Source of the DNA: Dicyema japonicum
Taxonomy: Eukaryota; Animalia; Dicyemida
Direction of reading: 5' to 3'
Length of the DNA stretch: 64,000 bases
Assembly (NCBI GenBank): GCA_011109175.1
Contig: RDEW01000036.1
Coordinates: 3,583 to 67,582, forward strand
The stretch's first letter is position 1. Each line of letters starts with the position of its first letter. Under the pieces are notes generated by a model that worked only from the letters and a program-made list of their open reading frames with translations, ran no database searches and was not told where the DNA came from. Below are positions 35,842 through 48,480 of this stretch, piece by piece. The translations under genes and the position numbers were made by a program.

Positions 35842-36454
35842 ATGGATGAATATGGTCGTGAGCCTTGGTAATAAAAAATCACATAAATTAGTCCATGGAG
35901 GATCGTGGACGACTGCGGGGGAGCTTTGCGATGGGGGCAATTGGAGGGAGTGTATTTCACACATACAAAGGATATGTGAATGCGCCCGCTGTAATTTTGG
36001 CTTAACAAAATTAGGGGATTGTCAAACGTGCGGTGGGAAGTTTCAACACAGTCCGCTTAAAATCCCCAATAACTGGGGGAAACTTTGCTGTTTGGGGCGG
36101 AGTCTTCTCTTCAATCGATTGTGCCATGGTTTCCATCCGGAAGAAGGAGGGACCACTCAATTCTATTGTCAGTGGGGCCCTCACAGGTTCAGTCCTCGCT
36201 ATAAGAAGTTAATTTTTCCATTTTATCTTCCAGAAGGGACCGGGGCAATCATTGGGTCAGGGATTGTCGGTGGAATCCTGCTGGCTATGATTGAGGGAGC
36301 TGGTGTTCTCATTTCGAAGTTGACGGCAGAACAGTTCCGTCCAAGTGGACTTTAGTTCTGATGTTTAGTGGACCCCACGAAAGAACCACCTCCTCAGAAT
36401 GAAGGTACCTCACTATTCCAGTCATTCTTTGGTAATTCTGATGCTCCCAGCTGA
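35842..36454 (+). CDS. TIMM17: Mitochondrial inner-membrane translocase subunit TIM17
   Basis: Spliced [28 protein letters not shown]...[16 protein letters not shown]...[17 protein letters not shown]...[11 protein letters not shown]; 24-nt introns. Confidence 0.95.
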
Positions 36455-36689
36455 TGTTGTATTAACTAATGAATTTGTTATTTATTGTTTTGCTGATTTT
36501 GTGATGATTAGTGACGATATGCGAATTTACTGTTGATTCCTGTGTTGACCACTTAGGGTAAATAGAGGTCGAACTCTGATATTTAAGGGTAAAGCTAAAG
36601 TAATGATTCTTTACTACGTGTCCACTCAAAATAGCCTCCAATTATTTTTGTCAAGTTTTAGATAGTTTATCGAAAAACATTTACCAAAA

Positions 36690-36952
36690 CGACATCCTTA
36701 GGTAAAAAGTCATCTTTTTAAATATTATAAAAATTGACTTTAATGAGTCCCATGGGTAAATGGAACAGTTTACTTTAGGTCCTCGACATCTTTAGGTAAA
36801 AAAGTCGTCCTTTTTAAATCGTACAAAAATTGGTTTTGATGGGTATGTGGAACACTGAACAAGGTCCTCGACATCTTTAAGTAAAAAATTCATTTTTTTA
36901 AATTTTATAAAAATTGATTTTAATGGGTAAGTGGAACATTTTACCAAGGTCC
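36690..36952. repeat. Three-unit tandem repeat (82-97 nt units)
   Basis: Recurring GGTCCTCGACATCTTTA(G/A)GTAAAAAA...AAAAATTG...ATGGGTA..TGGAAC. Confidence 0.85.
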
Positions 36953-37629
36953 TTCAAATCCTATGATTTGTGATAATTAAGTTTATTTTCACATGTTGTT
37001 TTGGTAGACGTACGAATGAGAATTATGATTCTTCGGGAAAAGTAATAATAAATGTGTTCTGTGTAGCGAGATTTTGAAACGTATTCCCTTCAAATATTAT
37101 AAAGGCAATCATATTTGAATCGATTCTGATATTCAAATGATCTCCAGATTTGAATGAAGATAAAATGGTGGTTAGATTTTTAATCCAGTCAGTATCACAT
37201 TTTTCAGCAAAATACTCAACAATGTTGTCGTATAAGTATTTGACGATCTGTAAAGTACATCAGAATCCAATTCTGACCCTGATTGATATTCCTGTAAAAC
37301 GAACAAGGAAGTGTAACAGCCGAACTTAATTTTCTCTTTTATGGACATTTTTATATTTGACAGTGTACTATCCTTATCTTGTGAAAAATGCAAGACAATG
37401 AAGAAAACTAATGTTTACGTGAATATGAACCAAATCATAGTCCTCGAACATATAAATTAGCTATGAGTTTAATTGGATCGGAGGGATTATACAAGATCAC
37501 ATCAATAGCAGAAAGAATGAAGCTATAGCGATTTAAAATTACTTCTATGATTTCGTCTGAACCCTGAGATGCTTCTATATTTGCAGTTAGCATAAATCAT
37601 TTTTGATATATGGTTTTGAGAGTGGGATG

Positions 37630-37880
37630 AAATTTAATTTAATTTATTAACCCCGGAATCACAAGACAGAGGATAAAGTTATCGCCTAATTAAGTGATTC
37701 CGGTGTCTCTACCAGTCCTTTTCATGTGGTTAGTTTTGGAGTCCTGGGTTAATCTCCACAGCGGGGAAGGTTTCTTATCATATCTCGGGCAGGCGTCCAT
37801 ATATAGATGGATGTCCGGCCTGATGGGATGGTCAGGGGACTTTGCCATCTTGAGGAAATCCTGGTGATGGTCCGTAAGGT
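37630..37880 (-). mobile_element. GIT-stop LINE subfamily 3' end
   Basis: ..KSPDHPIRP...RDTGIT-stop followed by GGGGTTAATAAA. Confidence 0.65.
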
Positions 37881-38829
37881 ATTACATGATTGGGCCTCCT
37901 TTCTTAATTCGAACAAATGTTATAAAATCATCACATGTGACAGCCATATTACTTTGTATGAGGAAATATAATTCCTTCTCAGCCAATATATATAGGCAAG
38001 AGGTCTTTTTAACGAAATTTATAATTTTACAGCACTTTCCATAACGTCACTTAATATGTTGTGAATGTTTTCCGATACATCAGGGCATTACGATGAAGAA
38101 TAACATTATGGTACAATATTCCAATAACAGTTCATTCAGTACAAACATGGCATTTATTTTAACTGATTTTTGAAGAAAATAATTATTTATAGTTTCAACG
38201 TTACAGCAATTCACGCATTATTATATTTACTCAATCGTCGATATCCGAAAAAACTAGTCAAATCTATTAAATTTTTGATTTTCAATATTTTCAGAAAGTT
38301 CCTGAATTTGTGTGAATCCTATTTGATAAGACACAGCTTCTCAGTATAGTCGATGATCTTTTAAGCGTGGTTTCATAAAATTTCCGGCAATTGTATGTGA
38401 TTCCATAATATAAGATAACTCGGCTTTGTAATATAAATATTTCTCAATGATACTCTGGTTGATTTAGGTCATCGTGTTTGCAAAATTTGAAATGATAATT
38501 CAACTTAATGAAGAAATGCTTCCTTCTAAGTTTTTCAGGAACAAGAAAAGTATTATGACTAATAATGCAGTGTTTCAAATGTGACTGATTGATTATTCGG
38601 ATTTAAAAAAACACAGCCCTTCCGATGATGAGTAGCTAATATTTTTATTACTTAAACCTCACTTTAGGCCGGATGGCTCAGTGTAATAAGTTCCGACTAA
38701 AATCAATCTCAATATCTCGTATATGCCTTGGATTAATAAATTATTCGGATTGTCAAAATAAATTCACCAGATTTAGGATATAATTCTACTAGAATGCTAG
38801 GAATCGAAGTGGAAAAGATGTCGGTACAG

Positions 38830-39170
38830 CCACATCCCAAATAAGCATTTCCCCGAGAGAGGGAAGACAATTACACCGACTGGACGCTTTCCGTCTCCAC
38901 GATCTAGGCCCACCGGTTCCGGAGACGACGAGAATCAGCCTCCTCAAGGGATCGCTTCACAACTCCGTTGGTGGCTGCATGTCTCGGGAACCAACCTTGC
39001 TGAGACGGCAAAAAAGCGGGTGAAAACTTGTGCAGTCCACAACAGATCCACAACGGCATGGATGAGGCTAATACAAGTTGATTCATAGATGGATTGATAT
39101 CCCATTCCGGACGGCGTCTGTTCCAAAGGATAAACCAATTGACGATAATAGGTGTTGTTTATCTGGAGCT
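38830..39170 (-). mobile_element. CRE-clade fragment
   Basis: FPRHAATNGVVKRSLEEADSRRLRNRWA, then DGKRPV..VIVFPLSGKCLFGM. Confidence 0.75.
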
Positions 39171-39399
39171 GCTCTTGGAAATTTGAGAGCTAAAATTGGT
39201 TCTAATTCTATTATTTTTGGGAAATATGATTAAGGATATCTTAATATCATGCTTTTGGAGTATTTGGAGAGTGGTTCCTAAAAATGAAGGAACAAAAAAC
39301 CGAGCTTATTACAAATTTACGATGAAATATTCAAAAGTTATAAAAAATTAAATAAAAACTTATTTGCTAATTTATTTTCAATTTTACGATATTTTCAGG

Positions 39400-39670
39400 A
39401 GCGCGGTAGACACATTTTATGACGCGGTAAAAACAATGAAAGCAAAAGAGAAAAAATATAAAACATTGCACGATCGGTTTACTTTCTATCCCATTGTAGT
39501 CGAGACAACTTGAATAAGTGAAAAATGCTTCGCTTCCTAAAGAAACTTGGACGCCTAGCTAGACAAAAAGGCAACGACACGTGAGACCCGGTGACTTTTC
39601 AGTTGATCTCTGTTGCAATCGTGAGAAACAACGCAACTTCGATAATGTCGATGGGGTCGACTTTGGATGG
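39400..39670 (+). mobile_element. CRE-clade 3' tip
   Basis: KEKKYKTLHDRFTFYPIVVET...ISVAIVRNNATSIM. Confidence 0.75.
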
Positions 39671-40944
39671 TTGGCTGTGTTAATTAATTACATTATTGAT
39701 TGTACTTAATAAAATTAATTATCAATCAAAAAAAGAAAAAAATTATAATATTTTATTTAAATAAAATTTAAAATCTATTTATTAGAACACAGACTGTGAG
39801 AATGCTCCAATTTATATGTTTTTGAAAATAAAATAAAATTAGTAATATTTTCCAGTTTAATCGTTGATAAATCAATAATGAGTGAATATACTATTTCAGT
39901 AATAATGAATGATGATATTCCTACGTATATTGTTGAAAAAAACAATACGATTACAGCATTATTTAGCGGAAAAATTGATGTTACGTACAAAATCAAAAGT
40001 AAAGCTGTAATCTTATAATATTGATAAAAGGTGCATGAAAATTTAAACAATGCGAATATTAGTTTCAAAGATTATACCATGATCAAGTTGCTGAAATTAA
40101 ATTGAATAAAAATAATATGACTTCTATAATTCGTCAACGTTTGCACTCATATTATTCCACTATTGATTTCCAGTTGTTTATATCAACTGAAAGTAATGTT
40201 AATGGTTTAAATGTGTAATTTAGCTATGTATATGGATGGCCTTGCACACGAAATCCCATTTGATAACTATTTTAGTTGCCATGATCTAAAAATAGAGTTT
40301 AATAAATATACTTCTATTAGTATTAAAGAAATGAAGATACAACTTCACAAATATAATAATAATCCTAAATTTACTGGAAACGGTAATTTGAAAATTAACT
40401 GAGATTTAGAAATCGATTGTAAAGTTGCTGATGCCAAATATAAAGAAATGAAGAAAAATGAAGAAATTAATAGAGAAAGTAATTTTTAATGAATCACCAG
40501 ATCGTAAACTTCATAAATTAAAAGTACATGATATGAAATCATCGAGTAAGCCAACTACAATTCATAATTCACAAAAAGGTAATGCGAAATAAATTACTTA
40601 AATTAGCAATCAATTCTATAGTAATTTCCGTATGTGTAATTATTGGAATTCTGGTCACCTTTTTGATTATTTATATAAAAAAGTACAATAGAAGAACATA
40701 TACTTCATTTGAGAATATTCCTTTAAATTAATAAAATCTGGTTTCTGGTTTTTGAAATATATGAGTGTACTTAGGACGATGAATATAGGGAATCTCAACT
40801 GCTTCAATTATTTATATCCAGTTTCAACCGTCTAAATATTTTCTGTTAAATTTAGTATCGATGTTGTCAATATCATCACATAAGGAATAACATAATCTTT
40901 AATTTTTTAGTGAAAACATTTTATTAAGTAACAAGACAATCAAC

Positions 40945-41290
40945 ATAATCCAGCTGATAGGAGGAATGGCTGTTTCCCCTGACAACTTCCAGAGAAATCC
41001 TTTGGAACAACCATTCAGTTTTCAACTCAGCTATCTTTTGAAATCATTGACCAAAGAAATCTTTCACCACCAAGTTTCGACTGGGAAAAGTGTAGGTACA
41101 GTACCTATCCCAAATCAAACATTTTTCCCGAGAGAAGGAGAAGACAGTTACCCCGTCTGGGCGCTTGATTCAGGCCCACCAGTTCCAGAGACGACGAGAA
41201 TCTAGCCACATCAAGAGAGTGTTTCACAACAAAGATGTAGGGTGGTAAGCAAACGTCCACAACAGAGTTAGACCGATGCCCCCAAATCTG
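40945..41290 (-). mobile_element. CRE-clade 3' region
   Basis: LLEIVRGNSHSSYQLD end, nearly identical tail to about 23930-23970. Confidence 0.7.
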
Positions 41291-41319
41291 ACAGGTAAAA
41301 AACCTTGCTTCAAATCAAT

Positions 41320-42135
41320 TTTATCAAAATTAATATTCACAATTTCTTCAATGTCGACCTAATTTCTGAAGACAAAGAACTCTTGGAGCATGTACTAGAA
41401 AAAGCACCAGATATACTTGAGAAATGGTTTCTCACCGTGAACAGGGAAAAAACAGAACGGACAGAGATAAGACGAATGAACAACTCACTTGAAGAAAAAT
41501 GGAGACACATAAAGAAACTTGGCTCTCTACTAGGAGATAGCGAAGACATCATACAGAGAAAAACATTGGCAAATGCGGCATTACACAGGCTGAAAAATCT
41601 TTGGCTAAAACAGAAAGGATATAACATAAAACAAAGGATTATGTTATATGACACTTTCATAAAACCAATTCTACTATACAACTCTGGGACCTGGGCCACC
41701 TCTAAAGAGGAATTGGAGAGGCTAGACTCATTTCACAGGAATCATCTAAGAAACATAACTGGAATGTCCTGGCTATCCAAGATCTCGCGAAATGGACTGT
41801 ACAATAAGTGTGACTGTATACCATTAAGCCACGAGATCATTAGTTTTCGTTGGAGACTTGTTTGACACGTCCTGAGGTTGGACCCGATATCCCCTCCGAA
41901 TATCGCAATGGAAGATTACTACTCCTCCAATGTAAAACGCTTTCGTGGAAGACCGAGAACTACCCTCCCGGTCGTTCTACAAAACGATCTGAAAGCCGTG
42001 AAGAAAATATTTGCATCTGGTGACGATCTGGACTCACTGAGAGACCTAGCAAAGAACAGAAGAGCTTGGAGCAACCTAACTAATTCTCTATATTTTTTGC
42101 TTCACATGCGGGGCTATAAATATTATGGCTCTATT
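41320..42135 (+). mobile_element. RTE-clade LINE 3' third
   Basis: LTVNREKTE, KKLGSLLG, YDTFIKPILLYNSGTW, LDSFHRNHLR, RFRGRPRTTLP, DDLDSLRDLAKNRRAW. Confidence 0.9.
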
Positions 42136-42139
42136 TCGA

Positions 42140-42800
42140 GATTTTTCAAAACCTTCTCGGAAGATCTACCGATCGTAGCATCATCCAAATACCAACAATT
42201 GAAAGCCGTTAAATACGAACGAGCAGCCTCATCCACTGCCAAAGCAAAAAGAAGCGGATCAAGAAGGTCACTTTGTTGGATTCCAGTCGATGATTTACTG
42301 AGATCATCACAAATAACGAGATGGGTTGGAGTACCGTATGCAAGGTTCGTAATGTGGATAATTCTTGGGGCTATCCTCAAAACGGTTTCCAGTAGATGAT
42401 CCCTCCTCACCCAATTGAAGGCGTTGGAAACGTCCAGCTTCACAATATTCCCAGAGTTATCCTCTTTACAATAGTTCACAAAGGAACGAGCGACATGAAT
42501 GGCCGATTCGCACCCACCACGGACGCCCCTTCCGAGTTGTACAGGTTTCAGTTCGAAAGACAGATCATCCACGGTTTCAAAGACGAGGTAGCTCTGTCAA
42601 TAGCGCGGGCAAAAGCCTCGGTCGCCACCACCTTCACGACCTTGAAATTCTCAAAGGAATACGTCTCTGTACTCGTATCCTCGACGCAAGAAGTAGACTT
42701 TCTTCAGACGTAACGTGGTCGATGGACGATCAAGAAACAGTGAACAAACGTTGCAGGGAATATCTTCCATAATGATAAAGTCAGCCATAAACGGCATCGC
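42140..42800 (-). mobile_element. CRE-clade RT fragment
   Basis: QLGRGVRGGCESAIH, KLDVSNAFN, GIQQSDLLDPLLFALA, WYLDDATI. Confidence 0.88.
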
Positions 42801-42889
42801 CCTCTGGTTAATAAACTTCTACAGACAGAAAATTTTCAATAAGCAGGAGCAGGATTAAGCAGGAAGTAAAGAAATACAGCAGCCTCCTA

Positions 42890-43110
42890 AACCGTTTCCA
42901 TGTACAGCCAGTGGTCGTCGAGACGAGCGGAGTCTTTGGCCCCAAGACGGTCTCTTTCCTTAGAGCACTTGGGTGTCTATTGACCAAAGCCTCGAGGGAG
43001 CGTCGGGAAACCGAGTGGTTTTTCCAAAGGATATCCCTGGCAGTAGTCAGAGGTAACAGCCACTCGATCATATCCGCTGGACTCAGTAATTAACTACTCA
43101 TGTTTCCTAA
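42890..43110 (+). mobile_element. CRE-clade 3' end
   Basis: VVETSGVFGPKTVSFLRALG...RETEWFFQRISLAVVRGNSHSI. Confidence 0.9.
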
Positions 43111-43339
43111 TAATAAATTTTTGAGCAGGAAGTATAACAACAAACCGTTTATTAAATGATAAAAAGTTGATAATATTAAACTAGAAATATTACAGTAATA
43201 ATATCACCTAAGAAATAACGATAATTTTTTAATAGAGCAATTCTACTTTGTGTAGAAAACAACCTGGTCCTGAACATATCGGTTTTTGACCATGGTTTCG
43301 ATTTTTAACCGTGGTCTTACGATGTTTAAATATAATAAA

Positions 43340-44090
43340 TATAGAAAACAACCAAAGTCTTTTAGCTGAAAGGCCAGGATTATGTAAGCGTTTCCTATAA
43401 TGACCGTCATTTCGATTCTCTGTCTCAACCAAAGTCCTTCTCGGGTTCGTATCTCTTTCGAAGTGATACATCGTCGAATATCGGAGAGAAAGGCATCCTT
43501 CATCTCTCCCACGACCCCGAAGTCTCCATCGCAATAGGAATGATGTTGTAGTTGTCCCTAAATGATTCTTACTTTCGGATTTTACCGAATTCCGCCCTGT
43601 CTTCCGCGTCTCTGGGTGAGTGCGTTACCCAGAAAAGGTGTCCATATGTGTGGAGTCACAAAGGATTTGATTTACCGTGGGAGTATGGAAATAATGAAAT
43701 CCCATTTGGCTTCTTCCCATCACCCCTGTCCAAGTCTGAGGGTTCCAGTTGAAACGGAAACTTCGCCGCTCTGAGGGTCCATAGAACAACGTCATTAAGA
43801 GCATGACCATTGCTCCGTCGGCAAGGCAGAGTATTTAGACCTTAGGTATCGACGTTCCTTCCAAAACGGCGCATGTATACATCAAATCTGAGTCGAATGC
43901 CACTCCGATCCTCAGCCAATTCTTGTCAAGGAGTGTTCCAAGATATGAGCAAGGTAGGGATACAAACCATGTGCGATTTCTACTATGTGCGGCCGACATT
44001 AAACATGAAAGACGATGTTGGTTAGTTGCAGTCTTCGCACTTTCCAATGCCCTTGTAATTGCAATAGAGTCCCAGCTTTCTTGGCTAGTA
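43340..44090 (-). mobile_element. CRE-clade 3' region
   Basis: LPCSYLGTLLDKNWLRIG, HALNDVV, DRGDGKKPNG, IPIAMETSG, EGLWLRQRIE...GNA. Confidence 0.82.
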
Positions 44091-44353
44091 ATCTATTTAC
44101 TTATTTAACAACCCAAGACTACGGTAGAACCAAACTAATTATCACGTGCACATTCCCGTGATCCGAAGTCTAGTTTCATAACAACCTCCAGAAACGACGG
44201 TCCAGTTCGATGATCTTCACAAATGTAGCCGATGAGTGAATTAAAAAAAATTATATTTAAAAATTAATTTATTAATACTTAAATTAATTTTTGAAAAAAA
44301 TAATTTTTTAACTTTTTAAAATAATTGAATAAATTTTAATTAGATTCAAAGTT

Positions 44354-45519
44354 ATGCTTAATGGTAGGTCGGCTTTGTATTACCTTGGAATTATATTAAT
44401 TTTTGTCATTTTGACTTTGGTTTGCTGGACCTACTATCTATTTATGATACTAATAATAATAAACGGTAAATCTTTATAATAACATTTATAGGGACTTACT
44501 ACGATCCTACAACTAAAAGTATTAAAATTAGCTATTTTAGCAATTATTGGGGTCCTTTATCATCTCATTCTTCTTTTGACCATGAGTTGTTACTTTCGGG
44601 CCATTTTTACACGTTCCCTTATTCCATCGGAGGTTAACCACCTGTTAATTAAAATTCAATTTAAATTCAAAATTCAATTAATATTCAATTTAATTGATAA
44701 AATTTATATATATAAATTTTAGTATTTTTTAAATGAGGGTGAGCTTGTGGATTATCAAAACTCACACTTAGAAAATCGGATTTCTGTTATAAAAAACCGT
44801 GGAAATACGCTCGATATACTAACCAGGGATCTTGGCGGAGGTTATTTACTTTTATATTCACAGACTTCAAGTTTTGTAATGTTTGCTACTGTTTGAAGCC
44901 CGATCGAGCTCACCACTGTAGTGACTGCAATCGGTAAGACATTTTCTTACGTTTAGTTGTATTCTCAAAATGGACCACCATTGTCCATGGTTGATGATCT
45001 TGGTAACTTTAGGATATGTAACTGTGTCTCCTTTCGTAATTTGAAGTTCTTCATTCTCCTCCTTTTTTATGGAAGTCTTTATTGCCTCATCTTTTTCTCA
45101 ATCTCCTTCCCAGTGGCCGTCAACGCCCCAGATGGTGCTTACCTTCGTCTTATCATTACATCGGGCTTTTCCGTCGTGTTTTTTATGGGAGAGGTCTCTC
45201 TGTTATTTTTAAATATTTACTTGGCCAGCAGAAATTGCACATTTTTGGGTTTTAAGTTGTATTGAGATTAGAGAAAGAGAGAATGCCGCGATTTTTAGAC
45301 TCCACGATAGCCAGGGATGAGTTTAGACTGTCTACAATGGAGAATTTCAAGGAAGTATTTGGGAATAACATACTTTTATGGCTTCTTCCGATTTATACCA
45401 CGTTTTATTTTTGGTTATTCCGTAATAGGTTGGGGGATGGTGTCACTTATCCAACAAGGTCGAAAATTAAGGAACATGTGGTTTACGGAGATAATATTTT
45501 TAATAATTTCATACTTTGA
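44354..45519 (+). CDS. DHHC palmitoyltransferase (ZDHHC2/15/20 group)
   Basis: Spliced [51 protein letters not shown]; four TM segments; TTxE-like CTFLE; NFKEVFG..WLLP..GDGVTYP. One 90-nt intron (44633-44722), the others about 22-27 nt. Confidence 0.92.
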
Positions 45520-46723
45520 GGTTAATACAATTTTTTTGAATTTGATTTCCATTTGGTTTCTGCTTTTGATAAAAGTGCCTGCAAATATAGTCCATTTCAA
45601 CATCGTTAGATCTTTAGGTGCTACTCCCATTCAATATCAGCCCATTTCAATATCATTATTGTCAATTATGAAATTTGGAACAGTCTGACACTTTTATGGT
45701 TTAAATATTTCATTGATAATCTTATAACAACCTTTGGTAGAAATTCCTATATTTGCCAAATATCCAGCTTTGGCGCATTCAGAGTCATTTTACTGAATTT
45801 TATTTTTTGAATGTACATTATTTAAATTTGTGCAGTCATTATTCACATTGAATGCTGTGATGTGTCAATGACAATCAACAATGATCAGATGACCAATTCA
45901 GCACCTGAATATGTCGACTGTCGCTTTAATGGGTCAAATGTGAATTTATTTTGACCTATGTTTGTATAGTTGCTTTCTTAAAAGGAATATTTATTAATTC
46001 AAGGATCGTGAGATAAAGGGAAAGAAAGAGAGTCTTCAACTAACTAAGTGATTCAGAACCACAGGGAGGGCGAGGCAGACGGGGACAGGCTAAAGTCTAA
46101 AATGAGGGAATAGAAACAGGAGAAATGATAGAATTGACTAGATTATTTAAAAATCTCGTGAATTGACCACTAACCTAAATATTTGGTCACAAAATTAGAT
46201 ATCTCATCATGTTGATCCACGTCATTGGCTCCATTTGTCTCCTATTTACAGCTAATAATCCAGTTGCCAACATAAAATATTAAAACTAAACGAAAATAAC
46301 TAAAAAATTCGAAATATTTAAATAATCCCGTTATATTGATTACTGCATAAAGAATTCGATAAGACCGTAGATATTCACAAAACTTTGGTAGACATTTCTG
46401 TTAGGAATTTCTCTTTATCACAATTTTATGTAAAAATAAAAATAATTCACATAAATAATCGCATCAAATCAAAAATTCATGAATTTATTACTAAAACCAC
46501 AGGTAAAGATCAGAATTAGACAACTATGCTATTCTGACAAGTCCCAGAGTAACTTTAATATCCTTTCCTTAGGCTCCATGTTTGTAATGGAAAAACTGAA
46601 CATGTCAACTTATTATTATATTAAAATTTAATTAAATAATTGATAAAAATAATAAATTCTGGACGGTTAATCTGAATATATAAGAATAATCGCCGTCACA
46701 TTTCATTAATTAAAGTCAAAGAA

Positions 46724-47529
46724 ATGTGCTCACCTCGCCCATTCGTAATTGGAGTTGCTGGTGGAAGTGCTTCAGGAAAAGTGAGGACTTTCTAATAAAA
46801 TAGACATTCTTCTGTGATTTAATAAAACAGCAGATCGCTACTCGCTACCACATTGAGGATATTCAAATTTTCACGCTCGATTCGTTCTACAAGGTTTTGA
46901 GTACCAAAGAGCTGGAGGATGCATACAAAGGAGACCATGACTTCGATAATCCAGGTAGTGATCCAATCTAAATTATCAGACGCCTTCGACATAGAATTAG
47001 CCATTGATAAGCTGAGAGAACTTGTGAACTACAAATCCATTAAAATTCCAATATACGACTTTAAGACTCACAGCAGGTACCGTTTAAAAGAGATCAAGGT
47101 TGGAGAACACTTTTAGGGAATTAGAAAAGGCACGTGTCATAATCGTGGAGGGAATTTTGTGTTTTCATAGCGAAATAATCCGTGACATGTGTGACCTCAG
47201 ATTATTTATTAAATGTGACGCGGAGTTAAGGCTGATTCGAAGAAGTTGATGTTTTGTGGTAGTCTTAGTTCGGCGGGACATTGCTTTACGGGGTAGGGAT
47301 CTCGAAGGAATCCTTAAAGTCTACGAAAGATTCGTGAAGCCCAGCTACGACAAGTACTGTGCACCTGTAAGAATTTTGGTTACTCCAGACCGAATCCATG
47401 GCCGATTTTATAATTCCAACGGAAAAGGGAAACGACAGTATTCATTGAATTTTATTTATAGGCGCGATTGAGGTTATCGTACAGCACATTAATTATCGGT
47501 TTAAACTTATCAAAAACGGCAACTCATAG
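46724..47529 (+). CDS. UCK: Uridine-cytidine kinase
   Basis: FVIGVAGGSASGKT P-loop, LDSFYK, DFDNPDAFD, IPIYDFKTHSR, IIVEGIL, RRDIALRGRDLEGIL..YERFVKPSY. Confidence 0.93.
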
Positions 47530-47609
47530 ATAATTTGTCATAGTTTTTTTTGTTTTAAAGTGTATTTTATTGTTCTTTTTGGCCTTTTCCTTAGATTTAT
47601 TCAAATGAA

Positions 47610-47885
47610 GGTCATTGAAAGTTTCATGGGTCTGTGTGGTCACGAAACAAGTCGTTTCTTCCATTCAAGACTAGAAGCCTCATATACACGTAAATTGGAA
47701 AAAAACCACCCCTCTTCAAATTCTAGTGAAAGGTGATCGTCGTCGGTACATGAAAGCCGTGGGTACTCTGGAGGAACATAGGAAAAACTTCTCGATCCGT
47801 TTGAGGCGTACTGGGATCACTTAATTAGTTGGTTTACTTCTTTTAGCTTGGTGTTCCCTTTTCGGGGTTATTAAATAAATAAATA
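47610..47885 (+). mobile_element. GIT-stop LINE family 3' fragment
   Basis: LQILVKGDRRRYMKAVGTLEEHRKNFSIRLRRTGIT-stop. Confidence 0.7.
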
Positions 47886-48069
47886 ATTGAAAGTTTAAAC
47901 AATTTAGGCTTGTAATTCGAAGACCTTGTGACTAGTGAAATATAAAGAGATTGAGTTATAAAGAATATGCGAGATACATTACAAAGGCGTGTTGAAATGT
48001 AGTCAATAACAAAATTAAATGCTATTAACTTGTGTTCGTTTTTAACTGATGTGATTTATATAATTGGAT

Positions 48070-48480
48070 ATAACTATTTATTAATGACAAAAAAGTGAGT
48101 AAATGGTCATACAGCCTGACTGCGTGGCTATTCCCTCTCAGGATGGCCAGCAAGATTCGCTTAAATAACCAGCAGTGCTCATGGGGATCTCTTAGTCGTG
48201 TAGAAATCCGATTACTTAGACGACTCAAGAATTCCAGCGTCGCAGGCGCAAGGGAACTAGACGTCTTAACGGCGAGTGGAACAAAAATCATTGGGTATGA
48301 CAGCGTACTTTGCTCTTTTCAACCTCTCGGCGTTTTCAGCGGCCGAACAGGCTCCAGAAACACTACGGACAAGGTTGCAAGAGCCAAACGTGCCGGTGCA
48401 GGTGACGTCCCAGACAAGAGGTTTCCCGGCTTTAACAAATCCACAGATGATGCTTCTGTTAGTCTTATCTGGCTTTTCCA
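48070..48480 (-). mobile_element. CRE-clade 3' region
   Basis: GKPLVWDVTCTGTF, AAENAERLKRAKY, CWLFKRILLAILRGNSHAV. Confidence 0.88.

Noticed and set aside
44640-44720. AATTC/ATTAA low-complexity array
   Set aside because: Ordinary AT-rich filling of the 90-nt ZDHHC intron.
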